Origin: a virus
Lineage: Duplodnaviria > Caudoviricetes
DNA: 38,093 bases
Reading direction: 5' to 3' (one strand)
IMG/VR virus record: IMGVR_UViG_3300033512_000133
Coordinates: 1-38,093 of that record
The translations under genes were made by a program, and so were the position numbers. Positions 9,609 to 18,162 of the stretch are shown here, piece after piece. The first letter of the stretch is position 1, and the number at the start of each line of letters is the position of its first letter. Under the pieces are notes generated by a model that made no database searches, was not told where the DNA came from, and saw only the letters and a list, made by a program, of their open reading frames with translations.

Positions 9609-10358
9609 TTACTCCTGTGCTACCCCTGCGGCTATCTGCATCTGCTTTGCCTGCTCAGGGTCTCTTTTGATTGCTTGACCTTGTTTCGTTAGGTCAAAAT
9701 GTTCTTTACTCCACGGGTTATTTCCCACCCCGCCTTTGCCGTTGCCCGACCCGCTTGCACCGCCTCCGCTACTGCCGGGTGCTTTCACGTAGAACTTGCC
9801 AGAATCGCCAGCTAAAAACTCGCCCACGTATTCCGCAAGTGCCTTGTTGCCTGCCATCGCCTTGGTAACGTCGCCATCGATAAGCACCGATGCACCTTGT
9901 CCAAGCAAAGCTTTTAACGCTGGCAAATGCTCGGCTCCCACATTGCCTTTCACCAACGCCTCGGTTAGTTCCCGATCAATGGTAGACTTTGTGTGTGCCC
10001 CTTGAATCTTTGCCAGTTCGTCCTGCAACTTTTTGGCATCTCGTGTTGCTTTGCTACTCAACACTTCACGCTCGGTCACTGCCTTGCGTAGTTTTTCCTC
10101 GTACTCGACCTTGATCTCGGACAGCTGGTCTTCAAGCTCGCTTACCCGTGCTGAATCATCGCCATGCTCGGCTTTCAAACGTGTTTTAAGCGTTTTGATT
10201 TCCTTCAAGAAGTCCTTATTCTGCCTCTGAAGAGCCTCGCTCCCTCCACCTTCTGCCAAAGCCTCGTCCAGCTCGGTCATGATCTCGTCGGGCTTGATAC
10301 CCGCTGTTTCTGGAATCTCTTTGAGTAGCTTTTCTACCAGGTCTTTTATCTTTTTCAT
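9609..10358 (-). CDS. Capsid scaffolding protein
   Basis: Coiled coil, GSSGGGASGSG linker and NPWSKEHFDLTKQG tail, directly upstream of the capsid gene. Confidence 0.85.
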   Translation of the reverse strand: MKKIKDLVEKLLKEIPETAGIKPDEIMTELDEALAEGGGSEALQRQNKDFLKEIKTLKTRLKAEHGDDSARVSELEDQLSEIKVEYEEKLRKAVTEREVLSSKATRDAKKLQDELAKIQGAHTKSTIDRELTEALVKGNVGAEHLPALKALLGQGASVLIDGDVTKAMAGNKALAEYVGEFLAGDSGKFYVKAPGSSGGGASGSGNGKGGVGNNPWSKEHFDLTKQGQAIKRDPEQAKQMQIAAGVAQE

Positions 10359-10503
10359 TGTTCACTCCACGGTACTACCGTTTGTAATAGGCACTGCCTG
10401 CTGGCACACTGTGCCGCGTTTGTTTAGAGGAATTGTGACATATTTTTTCTGTGTGACACGCAGTTTTTCAATTTATTTTTGATTTTTCTGGGTTTTTGGG
10501 CAT

Positions 10504-10537
10504 AAAAAAGCCAGTCTGTCTTTCGACGGTCTGGCTT
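10504..10537 (-). terminator. Intrinsic terminator after dcd
   Basis: Stem aagccag-ctgtc / gacgg-ctggctt with a T-run on the minus strand. Confidence 0.75.
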
Positions 10538-10634
10538 ACACTATAGATAGGTTTTCTCCCGTGTTTATGGCACACGTAAGCCAAGATTAAAGCCATCATA
10601 CGATAGGCTTGCTTTTAATGTTATTGGTGGCATA

Positions 10635-11174
10635 TTACTTTTCGGGGATTGCTTCCTGTACGCCATTTTGGTTGCTATAATGTCCTTTGTGGTCACGACC
10701 ATACAGCCAGTTACTGCTTGATGCTTGTACAAAGTAGACTTGTGCGATTCTTTCGCCTGGAAAAAGAACTATTGGCAAAGTTGCTTCCAGCTCAAGTGTC
10801 CATTTCTGCTTGAAACCAATATCGCCAAAACCAGCGGTTAAGTGTACCTTCAAGCCCATACGTGCAAATGTCGATCGCCCTTCAAGCATGGGTATGTACT
10901 TGTCTGATCCGCAAATCTCCATTGTTTCAGCAAGCATCAGTTCGTTTGGCATAATCAGAATGTCATGCTCTACATAAAACTTGATTACATTCTGTGGTCT
11001 CTCAGGGTTTATACACGCCTTGCCACAGTATTCATCATTATGCAATACCCTAATAAAATTGTTACCTAATCGTACGTCATAGCTATTTGCACCTACGTGT
11101 TCCAGTATAAAAGGCTCAATAATGATTGAACCGTTTTCCCTTTCGCTTATTATTTCATCGTGTGCTAATATCAA
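10635..11174 (-). CDS. dcd: dCTP deaminase
   Basis: NSYDVRLG, LEGRSTFARMGL, AGFGDIGF..WTLEL and GERIAQVYF motifs. Confidence 0.92.
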   Translation of the reverse strand: MILAHDEIISERENGSIIIEPFILEHVGANSYDVRLGNNFIRVLHNDEYCGKACINPERPQNVIKFYVEHDILIMPNELMLAETMEICGSDKYIPMLEGRSTFARMGLKVHLTAGFGDIGFKQKWTLELEATLPIVLFPGERIAQVYFVQASSSNWLYGRDHKGHYSNQNGVQEAIPEK

Positions 11175-11695
11175 TTATTCCCTCTACTTGTAAAAATTCC
11201 GCAAGGTTTCATTTCCTCACAAATTCCAGTCCGCTGGCAAGGTTTAACGCATAACGCCGCAAGTTCTGGATGTTTTTCTTTTATTGCTTCTATAACCCTT
11301 TCCCAAGCGTTTGTAGTTTCTTTGCTTGCAAGATTACAGAGCCTTTTTTCGCTAATATTCAAGATCGCTTGCATATTAGCACAGCATTCATGCGTCACTG
11401 GTTCATCTTGCCTTAATTCGTTTCTGTCAATCCCAGTTCTATCGCTCCTTTGTGACCTTACAAAATGATCGATACCTTCATGATGTCGAACAAAATGAAC
11501 AGATACCCAATACGGCAGATTGTACCACTTCCAGCGTATAAATATCAATCTTATAGGGCTGTGTTGAGCCAATAATATCTTTGTTTTCCACTTACTTGAT
11601 GGTTCACCTTCACCAGCGTCTTGACCGCACGTAGTCCTTGCTGCATCGGCAACGTTTCGCCAATTTCCGTATTGTTCTAAAAGCTCAACTTTCAC
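11171..11695 (-). CDS. thyX: ThyX-like FAD-dependent thymidylate synthase (phage type)
   Basis: HSPIR, VSVHFVRHHEG..HFVRSQRSD and C...G.C.E motifs. Start re-called to GTG 11695 because the upstream stretch belongs to another gene. Confidence 0.75.
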   Translation of the reverse strand: MKVELLEQYGNWRNVADAARTTCGQDAGEGEPSSKWKTKILLAQHSPIRLIFIRWKWYNLPYWVSVHFVRHHEGIDHFVRSQRSDRTGIDRNELRQDEPVTHECCANMQAILNISEKRLCNLASKETTNAWERVIEAIKEKHPELAALCVKPCQRTGICEEMKPCGIFTSRGNN

Positions 11696-11843
11696 TTTCT
11701 TTTTCCTTGTTGCTACTGACAACACGGATAAAATCACACGTGTCACATTGCCAGTTTGTGCCATCTCGTTCTTTTGTTATGCTACCTCCACATTCACACT
11801 GGTAGCCTTCAATTATATCTTCTTTACAGCTATCAAAACACAT
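11685..11843 (-). CDS. 52-aa Cys-rich zinc-ribbon protein (copy 1)
   Basis: MCFDSCKEDIIEGYQCECGGSITKERDGTNWQCDTCDF..., below the ORF-track cutoff. Paralog at 26155-26319 keeps the frame. Confidence 0.75.
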   Translation of the reverse strand: MCFDSCKEDIIEGYQCECGGSITKERDGTNWQCDTCDFIRVVSSNKEKESES

Positions 11844-12024
11844 TCTTTACCTCTTTTGTTGCTTCTTTTTGACCTTCTAAAAAACCTGCATAAAAAGCCG
11901 CAGCTCTATAACTAAGTTTTTCTCCAACAGCACCAGAAAAATCAAGCTCGTCTTTTGTGAAAGAATCACTATCGAGCCATTTCTTATACGCCCTCTTTAT
12001 CACCGTAACTATTTTAACACTCAT
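11833..12024 (-). CDS. Hypothetical protein
   Basis: 63-aa ORF packed between neighbours, with an AAFYAGF small-phage-protein motif. Confidence 0.6.
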   Translation of the reverse strand: MSVKIVTVIKRAYKKWLDSDSFTKDELDFSGAVGEKLSYRAAAFYAGFLEGQKEATKEVKNVF

Positions 12025-12307
12025 ACATCACCTTTAGCCCTAATTGCACAGCCTTTTCATATTCTGCTGTAGCACCTTTGGACGATTGCCATCCTTTAAG
12101 CATATAGATAGCATCGCACAAATAGAGTGCAACTAAACACTCTCTCATATACACTTCCCACGGACTGCCTTCTGGGATGTTGGCACATAGCACGTGTGGG
12201 TTGACTGCCGTGTGTTCGCCATTCTGCCAATGGCTCTCTGCTGTTGCAAATGCGTGCCTGTTGCCGTCGGGCAAGCCTGTGATTCCGCCTGATAGGTAGA
12301 TTTTCAT
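12014..12307 (-). CDS. DUF4406 family (nucleoside deoxyribosyltransferase-like) protein
   Basis: MKIYLSGGITG...NP...CDAIYMLKGWQSSKGATAE signature. Confidence 0.88.
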   Translation of the reverse strand: MKIYLSGGITGLPDGNRHAFATAESHWQNGEHTAVNPHVLCANIPEGSPWEVYMRECLVALYLCDAIYMLKGWQSSKGATAEYEKAVQLGLKVMYEC

Positions 12308-12318
12308 ACATCGCTCCT

Positions 12319-13107
12319 TTATGCAAACAATCCCTGTTCTTGCTTGCTCTTTGTCATTTCTCGTGGGTCAAACAGTGTCGCCTGCTGTTGATGTGTTGCC
12401 AGTCGCTTCATTGCGGCTGCGTAGTAGTCTGCGTCAAGCTCGCACGCCGTAAGGTCAAAACCCATGTCATGGCACGCTATGGCGATTGAGCCGCTGCCAA
12501 GGTGCGTGTCGAGTATCTTGTCTCCTTGCTTGGCGTACCGTGAAAGTAACCATTTGTAGAGGGCAATGGGTTTTTGGGTGGGGTGGATGCGCCTGTCTCG
12601 CATGTTGCCTTGCGGTGCGCATTCAAATACTTTAGCGTTCCCTTGTATGTTAGTCCACGCATATTCTGCCATTGCCATGCTAAAATCTTCTGACATTGTA
12701 AGTTTACGCCAGATTATGAAGTTTCTGGTAGGCGGCAACGAAAAGTAATTGCCTCCCCATATTATTTGCGCCTTTGATACCCTAAAAAGCTCGTCAAAAA
12801 ACTCGTTTGGAGGTGCGTAGTCCCAGTGTCGAATATCGCTTGCGCTAGGGATACCTCCCGTCATGCTCTGATATTTCGCGCTCCATCCCCCGCCGGTTCG
12901 CTGTACCTGTCGAACAACCGTCCCCCGAAGGCATGGTTGACTTTCCGAGGCTGTACCTGTCGAAACATCCCCCGAAGCGTGATCGTGGCTTTGCTTCCCA
13001 ACCCCCCCCCCGTCCCCATACGGCGGGTCAACTATCGCCAGCTCGAAGTGCTTGTCGGGGTATCGTGCCATAAGTGCCATGTTGTCTTCGTTGGTTATCG
13101 CTATCAT
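12319..13107 (-). CDS. N6-adenine/N4-cytosine DNA methyltransferase (beta class)
   Basis: DPPY, HPTQKP and ILDTHLGSGS in beta-class order. Start re-called to ATG 13107. Confidence 0.92.
   Translation of the reverse strand: MIAITNEDNMALMARYPDKHFELAIVDPPYGDGGGVGKQSHDHASGDVSTGTASESQPCLRGTVVRQVQRTGGGWSAKYQSMTGGIPSASDIRHWDYAPPNEFFDELFRVSKAQIIWGGNYFSLPPTRNFIIWRKLTMSEDFSMAMAEYAWTNIQGNAKVFECAPQGNMRDRRIHPTQKPIALYKWLLSRYAKQGDKILDTHLGSGSIAIACHDMGFDLTACELDADYYAAAMKRLATHQQQATLFDPREMTKSKQEQGLFA
13002..13011 (-). repeat. G10 homopolymer inside methylase
   Basis: Ten consecutive C on the plus strand, two codons after DPPY. Confidence 0.9.
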
Positions 13108-13151
13108 TCGCCTATGGTAGCAGATAAATTTTGTGTGACACGGGAAGGGGC

Positions 13152-13180
13152 TTGACAAAATTGCTGGGAATGCCGATATT
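13152..13180 (+). promoter_or_regulatory. Sigma70-type promoter
   Basis: TTGACA-17 nt-GATATT. Confidence 0.6.
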
Positions 13181-13185
13181 GAATA

Positions 13186-13253
13186 TGGAGACAATGGTTA
13201 TGAAACCAGCGACTCCCCCAAGACGGTCGGTTTATTCCGATCGTCATTTTTTT
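13186..13253 (+). ncRNA. Candidate ~68-nt small RNA
   Basis: Lies between the 13152 promoter and a terminator (gacggtcgg/ccgatcgtc, then A and T7). Has a 5' hairpin ggag..tggtt/aacca..ctcc. Confidence 0.4.
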
Positions 13254-13801
13254 ACCCATATCAATTCACTATCAGGTCTAATAACCCACACCTCTCTGAT
13301 TGAATCACCTTTTCTTTCAGTTTTCCTTCTTGCGACAATTAGAAATTCATTATATATTTCTTCGGCAGTGCATAAAAATAGAACATTACCACATTGCTTT
13401 GCCGCTTTGCTGATGTGATCACGAATTGTGTCCTCGTTTATTGAATTCGTAACCTTTATGTCAAAGAATTTGCCAGCCACAAAAATATCAGGGCTTTTAA
13501 TACCGCTTACACCGTTAGCATTTGGCAGAATGTACACATCGCCCCATGCTTTTGCTAATATTTCACAGCCTGCCAAAATTTTTTGTTCATGCTTCGGCAA
13601 GGGTTCAGCTGACCAAACCTTGTACCCAAACGGAAGATGTACTAATGACGGTTCTTCGGCGTATTCCATATTTGCATTATGTAACCATGCAAGATATGCA
13701 AGGTTTGTATTGTCTATGGGTAGAATCTGATTGGTACGCATTATTGCCATCTTATCATTTATCATGGCTGTCTGTGAAGCCTTCTCCGCAAGCGTCAACA
13801 C
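13244..13801 (-). CDS. Orphan toxin tip: CdiA-C-terminal-like PD-(D/E)XK nuclease
   Basis: KSPDIFVAGKFFDIK and IRDHISKAAKQCGNV motifs. Begins with the same GKVLTL sequence that ends the MuF N-terminal part. Confidence 0.7.
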   Translation of the reverse strand: MLTLAEKASQTAMINDKMAIMRTNQILPIDNTNLAYLAWLHNANMEYAEEPSLVHLPFGYKVWSAEPLPKHEQKILAGCEILAKAWGDVYILPNANGVSGIKSPDIFVAGKFFDIKVTNSINEDTIRDHISKAAKQCGNVLFLCTAEEIYNEFLIVARRKTERKGDSIREVWVIRPDSELIWVKK

Positions 13802-13809
13802 CTTCCCAC
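13789..13809. repeat. 21-bp direct repeat, copy 1 (caagcgtcaacaccttcccac)
   Basis: Exact match to 15518-15538. Confidence 0.95.
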
Positions 13810-13816
13810 CAGCAAT

Positions 13817-13843
13817 AAAAAAGCCTCTCGGGTTGAGAGGCTT
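13817..13843 (-). terminator. Intrinsic terminator after MuF + small gene
   Basis: aagcctctc / gagaggctt stem followed by a T-run on the minus strand. Confidence 0.8.
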
Positions 13844-13848
13844 GCTGA

Positions 13849-14091
13849 TTATTCGCTTTTCTGTGAACTTTTCCTATTTTTTTCTGGAAAAGCTTCGTGG
13901 AAATAACTCGCCCTTTCAGGATCGTCGGTCAATTCAAACAGAATGCCGTGATCGCCCTTGTATGGCTTGCGGTGGTCATGGTTGCCCCAATAGATGTCAT
14001 CAGGAACACCATTAGGGAAAGCATCGCATGGCGGACCTTCCCCGTCTCTTTTATGCTTGCAATAAACGCACATAGGTGCTAACCCAATCAT
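13849..14091 (-). CDS. Small Cys/His protein coupled to MuF; candidate immunity protein
   Basis: CxxCKH...CDAFPNGVP...DHRKPYKGDHGILFE, with an ATGA overlap on the MuF stop. Confidence 0.65.
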   Translation of the reverse strand: MIGLAPMCVYCKHKRDGEGPPCDAFPNGVPDDIYWGNHDHRKPYKGDHGILFELTDDPERASYFHEAFPEKNRKSSQKSE

Positions 14092-16643
14092 ATCTTCCCT
14101 CCAATAACCCCAGTAGTAATTTCCATAAAGCGTTTTGCGGCTGGTCTCGGATTCGGGTTGTTCAATCCTTCAGCCCAAGCTTCGGCGATTGCTTCAGTCA
14201 ATCCTTTGTCTTTCGCATATATCGAAAGAGCATCCGTTACCGTAGCCCCGTACTTTCCTGCGTTCATTTCATCCCACCATTTAAGTATATCACTATTCTT
14301 GTCTAATTTGTATAGGTCATCAACTTGGTGACCAACTTCATGATCAATAATTGATTTCGCCGTATCGCACCCAACTGGATGGTATTTAACGGCAACATTC
14401 ATTTCCAGTGTGCGATCAAGGTCAGACCATTGTTTCCCCCAGAACTTTTCATTGACACTGATTCCATGAACCCCTTTGTACTGTCGATGTGTATAATCGG
14501 TACTCCTAGCCAGATTAGTCTCAGGAAGTGGAGTTATCCCGCGGTAAGCGATCTTGCCAAGCCATCTTTCAATAGTAGCATCATCAAGACTGTAATCTTT
14601 CAAGCGTGCTTGTATAATATCTTCAGCAAGCCCTTGAGCACGCCAAATACCAATATATCTGTCCCTCTCATCTTCCAGTCTTTTTTTATAGCCCTGACCA
14701 TTTTTTGTTTGCAAATACTCATCCATTCGTAACTTTTTAGCTCGTCTATTCTGTTCTTGTGCCGATCCCAAATACTCCATTTTCCCTTTGAGTGCGGGCA
14801 CTCTCTGGATATTGTCATATACAGAAGCATTAATGGCGTTCGCCCCTTCAATATTCAGTCCCTTGAATGATGCTGAATGAGCCAGCCCTTCTTTGACTGC
14901 AAACGTCTCGGCTTCTTGGCTGGTTTTTACAGGACTGTATTTCTTTATGCCTATAGATAGCTTTTTAGCTGCTGCTTCTTCAGCTTCCTTCGCCAACTTC
15001 TCCGCCAGTTCCTTAGCAATTTTGTCTGCAAGAGCTTTCTCTGCCGCTTCTTTTGCGACTTTTTCTGCAAGCTCCTTAGCCAATTTCTCCGCAAGCTCTT
15101 TGGCAGCTTTTTCCGCAAGCTCCCTCGCAATTTTTTCTTTTGCTAACTTTTCAGCATATTCTTTAGCCAATTTCTCAGCAAGAGCTTTAGCCTGTTTTTC
15201 CGCAAGTTCCTTCGCAATCTTTTCCGCAAGCTCTTTTGCAAGCTCTTTTGCAACTTTCTCCGCTTTTTCTTTTGCTAACTTTTCAGCCAACTCTCTCGCA
15301 ATCTTTTCTTTTGCAACTTTCTCCGCTAACTCCTTCGCTTGTTTTTCTGCTAATTCTTTCGCCAGTTTCTCGGCAATTTCTTTTTCTATTTTTTCCGCAA
15401 GCTCTTTAGCTTCCTTAGCCTGTTTCTCGGCTAACTCCTTAGCTTCCTTAGCCTCATTGCTTATCGTGCCTGCTATTTTCTCTTCTATCACCTTAGCCTC
15501 TGCCTTGGCTATCTGCTCAAGCGTCAACACCTTCCCACGGTTGACAAAGCGTGTTATCGGCACGCCACGTTGCATCATCTCGTAGCGTGCCTTGCCCAGT
15601 GCCTCAATCTGATCCGCAGGCGACTGCTTGGCTATCCATTCTGCATACGTCTGATAGCCTGGAATTTTGCCATCGAGTGCTTTGATCTCGTCGCTTGGCT
15701 CATCTTCATAACCCAGCTCGGCAAACGACTTTACTATCGGTGCAAGCGTACAGCGACAACGATGATGTACTGGTGCTACTATTTTGCTGTCCAGCGGAAA
15801 CACCTTGCCGTCGTAAGAGCCACACACAGGACACGTTCGTGTGTCAAGCGTTGCCAGCCATTCCATGCCCTTCAGCAATTCGGCATTCTCTTGGTACACC
15901 TTTACATGTGCCGTGTTGCTTACGTGCATAACTGCCGTGCGTGTTACCGTTTCTGCATTATGGTTAGCACTCATCATCGCTCCGCCAGAGTATACCCCCG
16001 GCACTTTTACCACCTTGCCAGCTTTCGCCATCTTTTTCAGCTCGGCTTTCGTGTACCCTGTTATTCTCGCCCCTGTCTGTGGATCACGATAAAACGGCTT
16101 TTGAATACACGTGCCTTGCAATCGTTGCTCTACCTGCTTCATGGTCTCGCCTTCAATGATTCCTTGGCGTATGGCGTTGGCGATATGATTTTGCGTGAAC
16201 GACGTTTGTGTTTTCATCATGTCTTCCAGCAAGTGCTCTTTGTCCGCTGGGCTTGTGGTTACTGCCGCCCATATCTGTGACGGTGACGCACCTGCAAACG
16301 ACAGCCCCATGGCTTTTGGCATGGTACTATTGAGCGTTTTTTGTATCCAGCCACCTTCATACGCACCAAACTCTTGCAGGTTCTTAAACAGCACGCCTTT
16401 CATTGCTGCACCGCTTTCGGCATACAGAGAATCAACCTGCTTGAGCGTTTCGCCGTACCACTTGCTCATGTAGGAACTTTCTTCAAGCCCGCTCATTTTC
16501 TCTATGAGCGAATCATGCGACTTCTGCAGGATCTCCCGCATAAGTAGCACCTGGTGATTCTCGTACTGTGCCAAATAATGTGCGTGGCTTATAATCTTCG
16601 ACTGAATAACCTCATTGAGCGGTGTTGCCATCGTTCCCGCCAA
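14088..16643 (-). CDS. MuF/SPP1 gp7 minor head protein with EAK-repeat linker and C-terminal HExxH metallopeptidase-like domain
   Basis: MuF core (WLATLDTRTCPVCGSYDG, PVHHRCRC), ELAEK repeats, and HEVGH...LSIYA...EAIAEAW. Directly follows the portal. Confidence 0.9.
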   Translation of the reverse strand: MAGTMATPLNEVIQSKIISHAHYLAQYENHQVLLMREILQKSHDSLIEKMSGLEESSYMSKWYGETLKQVDSLYAESGAAMKGVLFKNLQEFGAYEGGWIQKTLNSTMPKAMGLSFAGASPSQIWAAVTTSPADKEHLLEDMMKTQTSFTQNHIANAIRQGIIEGETMKQVEQRLQGTCIQKPFYRDPQTGARITGYTKAELKKMAKAGKVVKVPGVYSGGAMMSANHNAETVTRTAVMHVSNTAHVKVYQENAELLKGMEWLATLDTRTCPVCGSYDGKVFPLDSKIVAPVHHRCRCTLAPIVKSFAELGYEDEPSDEIKALDGKIPGYQTYAEWIAKQSPADQIEALGKARYEMMQRGVPITRFVNRGKVLTLEQIAKAEAKVIEEKIAGTISNEAKEAKELAEKQAKEAKELAEKIEKEIAEKLAKELAEKQAKELAEKVAKEKIARELAEKLAKEKAEKVAKELAKELAEKIAKELAEKQAKALAEKLAKEYAEKLAKEKIARELAEKAAKELAEKLAKELAEKVAKEAAEKALADKIAKELAEKLAKEAEEAAAKKLSIGIKKYSPVKTSQEAETFAVKEGLAHSASFKGLNIEGANAINASVYDNIQRVPALKGKMEYLGSAQEQNRRAKKLRMDEYLQTKNGQGYKKRLEDERDRYIGIWRAQGLAEDIIQARLKDYSLDDATIERWLGKIAYRGITPLPETNLARSTDYTHRQYKGVHGISVNEKFWGKQWSDLDRTLEMNVAVKYHPVGCDTAKSIIDHEVGHQVDDLYKLDKNSDILKWWDEMNAGKYGATVTDALSIYAKDKGLTEAIAEAWAEGLNNPNPRPAAKRFMEITTGVIGGKI
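14970..15455 (-). repeat. Degenerate (A/E)KELAEK coding repeats
   Basis: About 160 aa composed almost only of E, A, K, L, I, Q. Confidence 0.85.
15518..15538. repeat. 21-bp direct repeat, copy 2
   Basis: Exact match to 13789-13809. Encodes GKVLTL at the MuF domain boundary. Confidence 0.95.
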
Positions 16644-18039
16644 TTCCGCTTGCCGTCTTGGTGTTCAGTAGCTCCGTGTCTGCATCAAACTCGTCAAAGT
16701 CACGGTCTTTTTCCAGTATCCCGCCACGCTTCACCGCGTTGAAAAAATCAACCTTGCCGATTGCCCCGCCTATAAGTGCGTTCACCAATGCAGTAAGCTC
16801 GCCTGAGTCCATACGGCTAATCAGATAGTCGGTGCTTATCTGTACCGATACGTTGCCTGTCTGTCTGCCCCAATCACGCATAATCTCAAGCGTTCGTGTC
16901 CACTGGCGTGAGATTGAATTTGCTACCCCTGCCAATAACGACGATTCGCCTGTTCGGTAGATTTGTGCCGTTTCGCTTGCTTCCACGCCGTTCTTTTCGC
17001 CAGTTAGAGCACGTGCACCAAGCACTGCCATCATATCACGCTTCTCGCTCATGGCGTCCTTTATTCCGCTTATGCCTTGCCCGCTAAACTCCAGAAACTT
17101 AGCGTCTCCACCCATGGCAAGATGAATCCCTGCCGTAGAGCCAAGCTTGACTTCGGCCACTGGTTCACTATCCTCGCTTACGAATGAGCCGATAAATACT
17201 GGCGTAGGTGTACCTGTCCAATGTAGCCCGTTTTCGTAGTCGGCACTGTTGCGGTAGTGTGCAAGGTTGATATGCACCAGGTCGAGCAATGGCGGTTCGT
17301 CAATATCAGGCGTACCACTTACCGGGTCAAAAATGATAAACGGGATATGTGCAAGCGGTTTGTCGGTGGCAAGCATCAGCGTATATGATTCCAGCATCTG
17401 CCATTCTGGCTTGTCGCCTACCTGTGCCCACACCTCGCCGTGTACGCCGTCTGCCGTTCTTGTTAGCACTCGGTACTTGTACTTGTCGCTTTTAGTGCTG
17501 TAAACGTCAGATCCGGGAAGCTCCAACGCTTCACGCAAAACAAGCAGAGTAAGCCCTGCTTTGTCGCTTTTCCAGTTGATAATGCTTTCTGCAAGGTACA
17601 AGGCACAATAGGGTCGTATACCCATTTGCTCATATTCCGCTTGTGACGCTAACGGCACGTCCACCCTTGGCATGTCCACCAATACGCCACACCTGCCCAC
17701 GGCCAGAACCTCGCTTGCAATACGCTTGATAAACTCGTAAATTGTCTCGCCTGTAAACGCTATGTCTTGTGCCCACGCTTCCATGCTTGTCGGTATGGTG
17801 ACAATTGGTGCATTGCGAAACATTAACCCAAGGAACGTGTCGTGCGTGCGTCCTGTTGCATTAAAGTATACGGCACGCTCTTTGTACGCACTATAGTCAT
17901 CGGTTGTCTGTTTTTTCATCCGTGGCAGATAGTCCACATCGCCTGCTTTTACGTCGCTCTCGCCACCTATTGCTGCCCTGCATCGCTTCCATATCTGTAC
18001 CATTCGCGCGTATTGTCCGTGTTCTGTATTTACTGGCAT
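16612..18039 (-). CDS. Portal protein (DUF4055 family)
   Basis: YLPR..Y..Y..RAVYFNAT, GRCGVLVD and PPLLDLVHINLAHYRNSADY motifs. Confidence 0.92.
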   Translation of the reverse strand: MPVNTEHGQYARMVQIWKRCRAAIGGESDVKAGDVDYLPRMKKQTTDDYSAYKERAVYFNATGRTHDTFLGLMFRNAPIVTIPTSMEAWAQDIAFTGETIYEFIKRIASEVLAVGRCGVLVDMPRVDVPLASQAEYEQMGIRPYCALYLAESIINWKSDKAGLTLLVLREALELPGSDVYSTKSDKYKYRVLTRTADGVHGEVWAQVGDKPEWQMLESYTLMLATDKPLAHIPFIIFDPVSGTPDIDEPPLLDLVHINLAHYRNSADYENGLHWTGTPTPVFIGSFVSEDSEPVAEVKLGSTAGIHLAMGGDAKFLEFSGQGISGIKDAMSEKRDMMAVLGARALTGEKNGVEASETAQIYRTGESSLLAGVANSISRQWTRTLEIMRDWGRQTGNVSVQISTDYLISRMDSGELTALVNALIGGAIGKVDFFNAVKRGGILEKDRDFDEFDADTELLNTKTASGIGGNDGNTAQ

Positions 18040-18162
18040 GATTGCCCCCTGTTCTGTGGGTATTCTACAAGGGTTTGCACAAATGTTGCTTTTTGCATGT
18101 CACACGGGATAGACATACAACAGCCTTTCTTTTATGCTCACAAAAGGAGCTAAAAAGATCCC

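Noticed and set aside
10572-10626. Possible second attC after dcd (CAATAAC-5-AAGCAAGC...GCTTTAA)
   Set aside because: The L boxes pair only partly and there is no GTT at the R' position; too degenerate to call.
11696-11764. N-terminal extension of the ThyX ORF in the ORF track
   Set aside because: It is an off-frame reading of the zinc-ribbon mini-gene; GTG 11695 is the better start.
13131-13418. Plus-strand 95-aa ORF as immunity gene
   Set aside because: Mostly antisense to the nuclease and interrupted by an intrinsic terminator at 13222-13253.
14893-15585. 230-aa plus-strand ORF or CRISPR-like periodicity
   Set aside because: It is the antisense of the ELAEK coding repeats, with no constant repeat and unique spacer structure.
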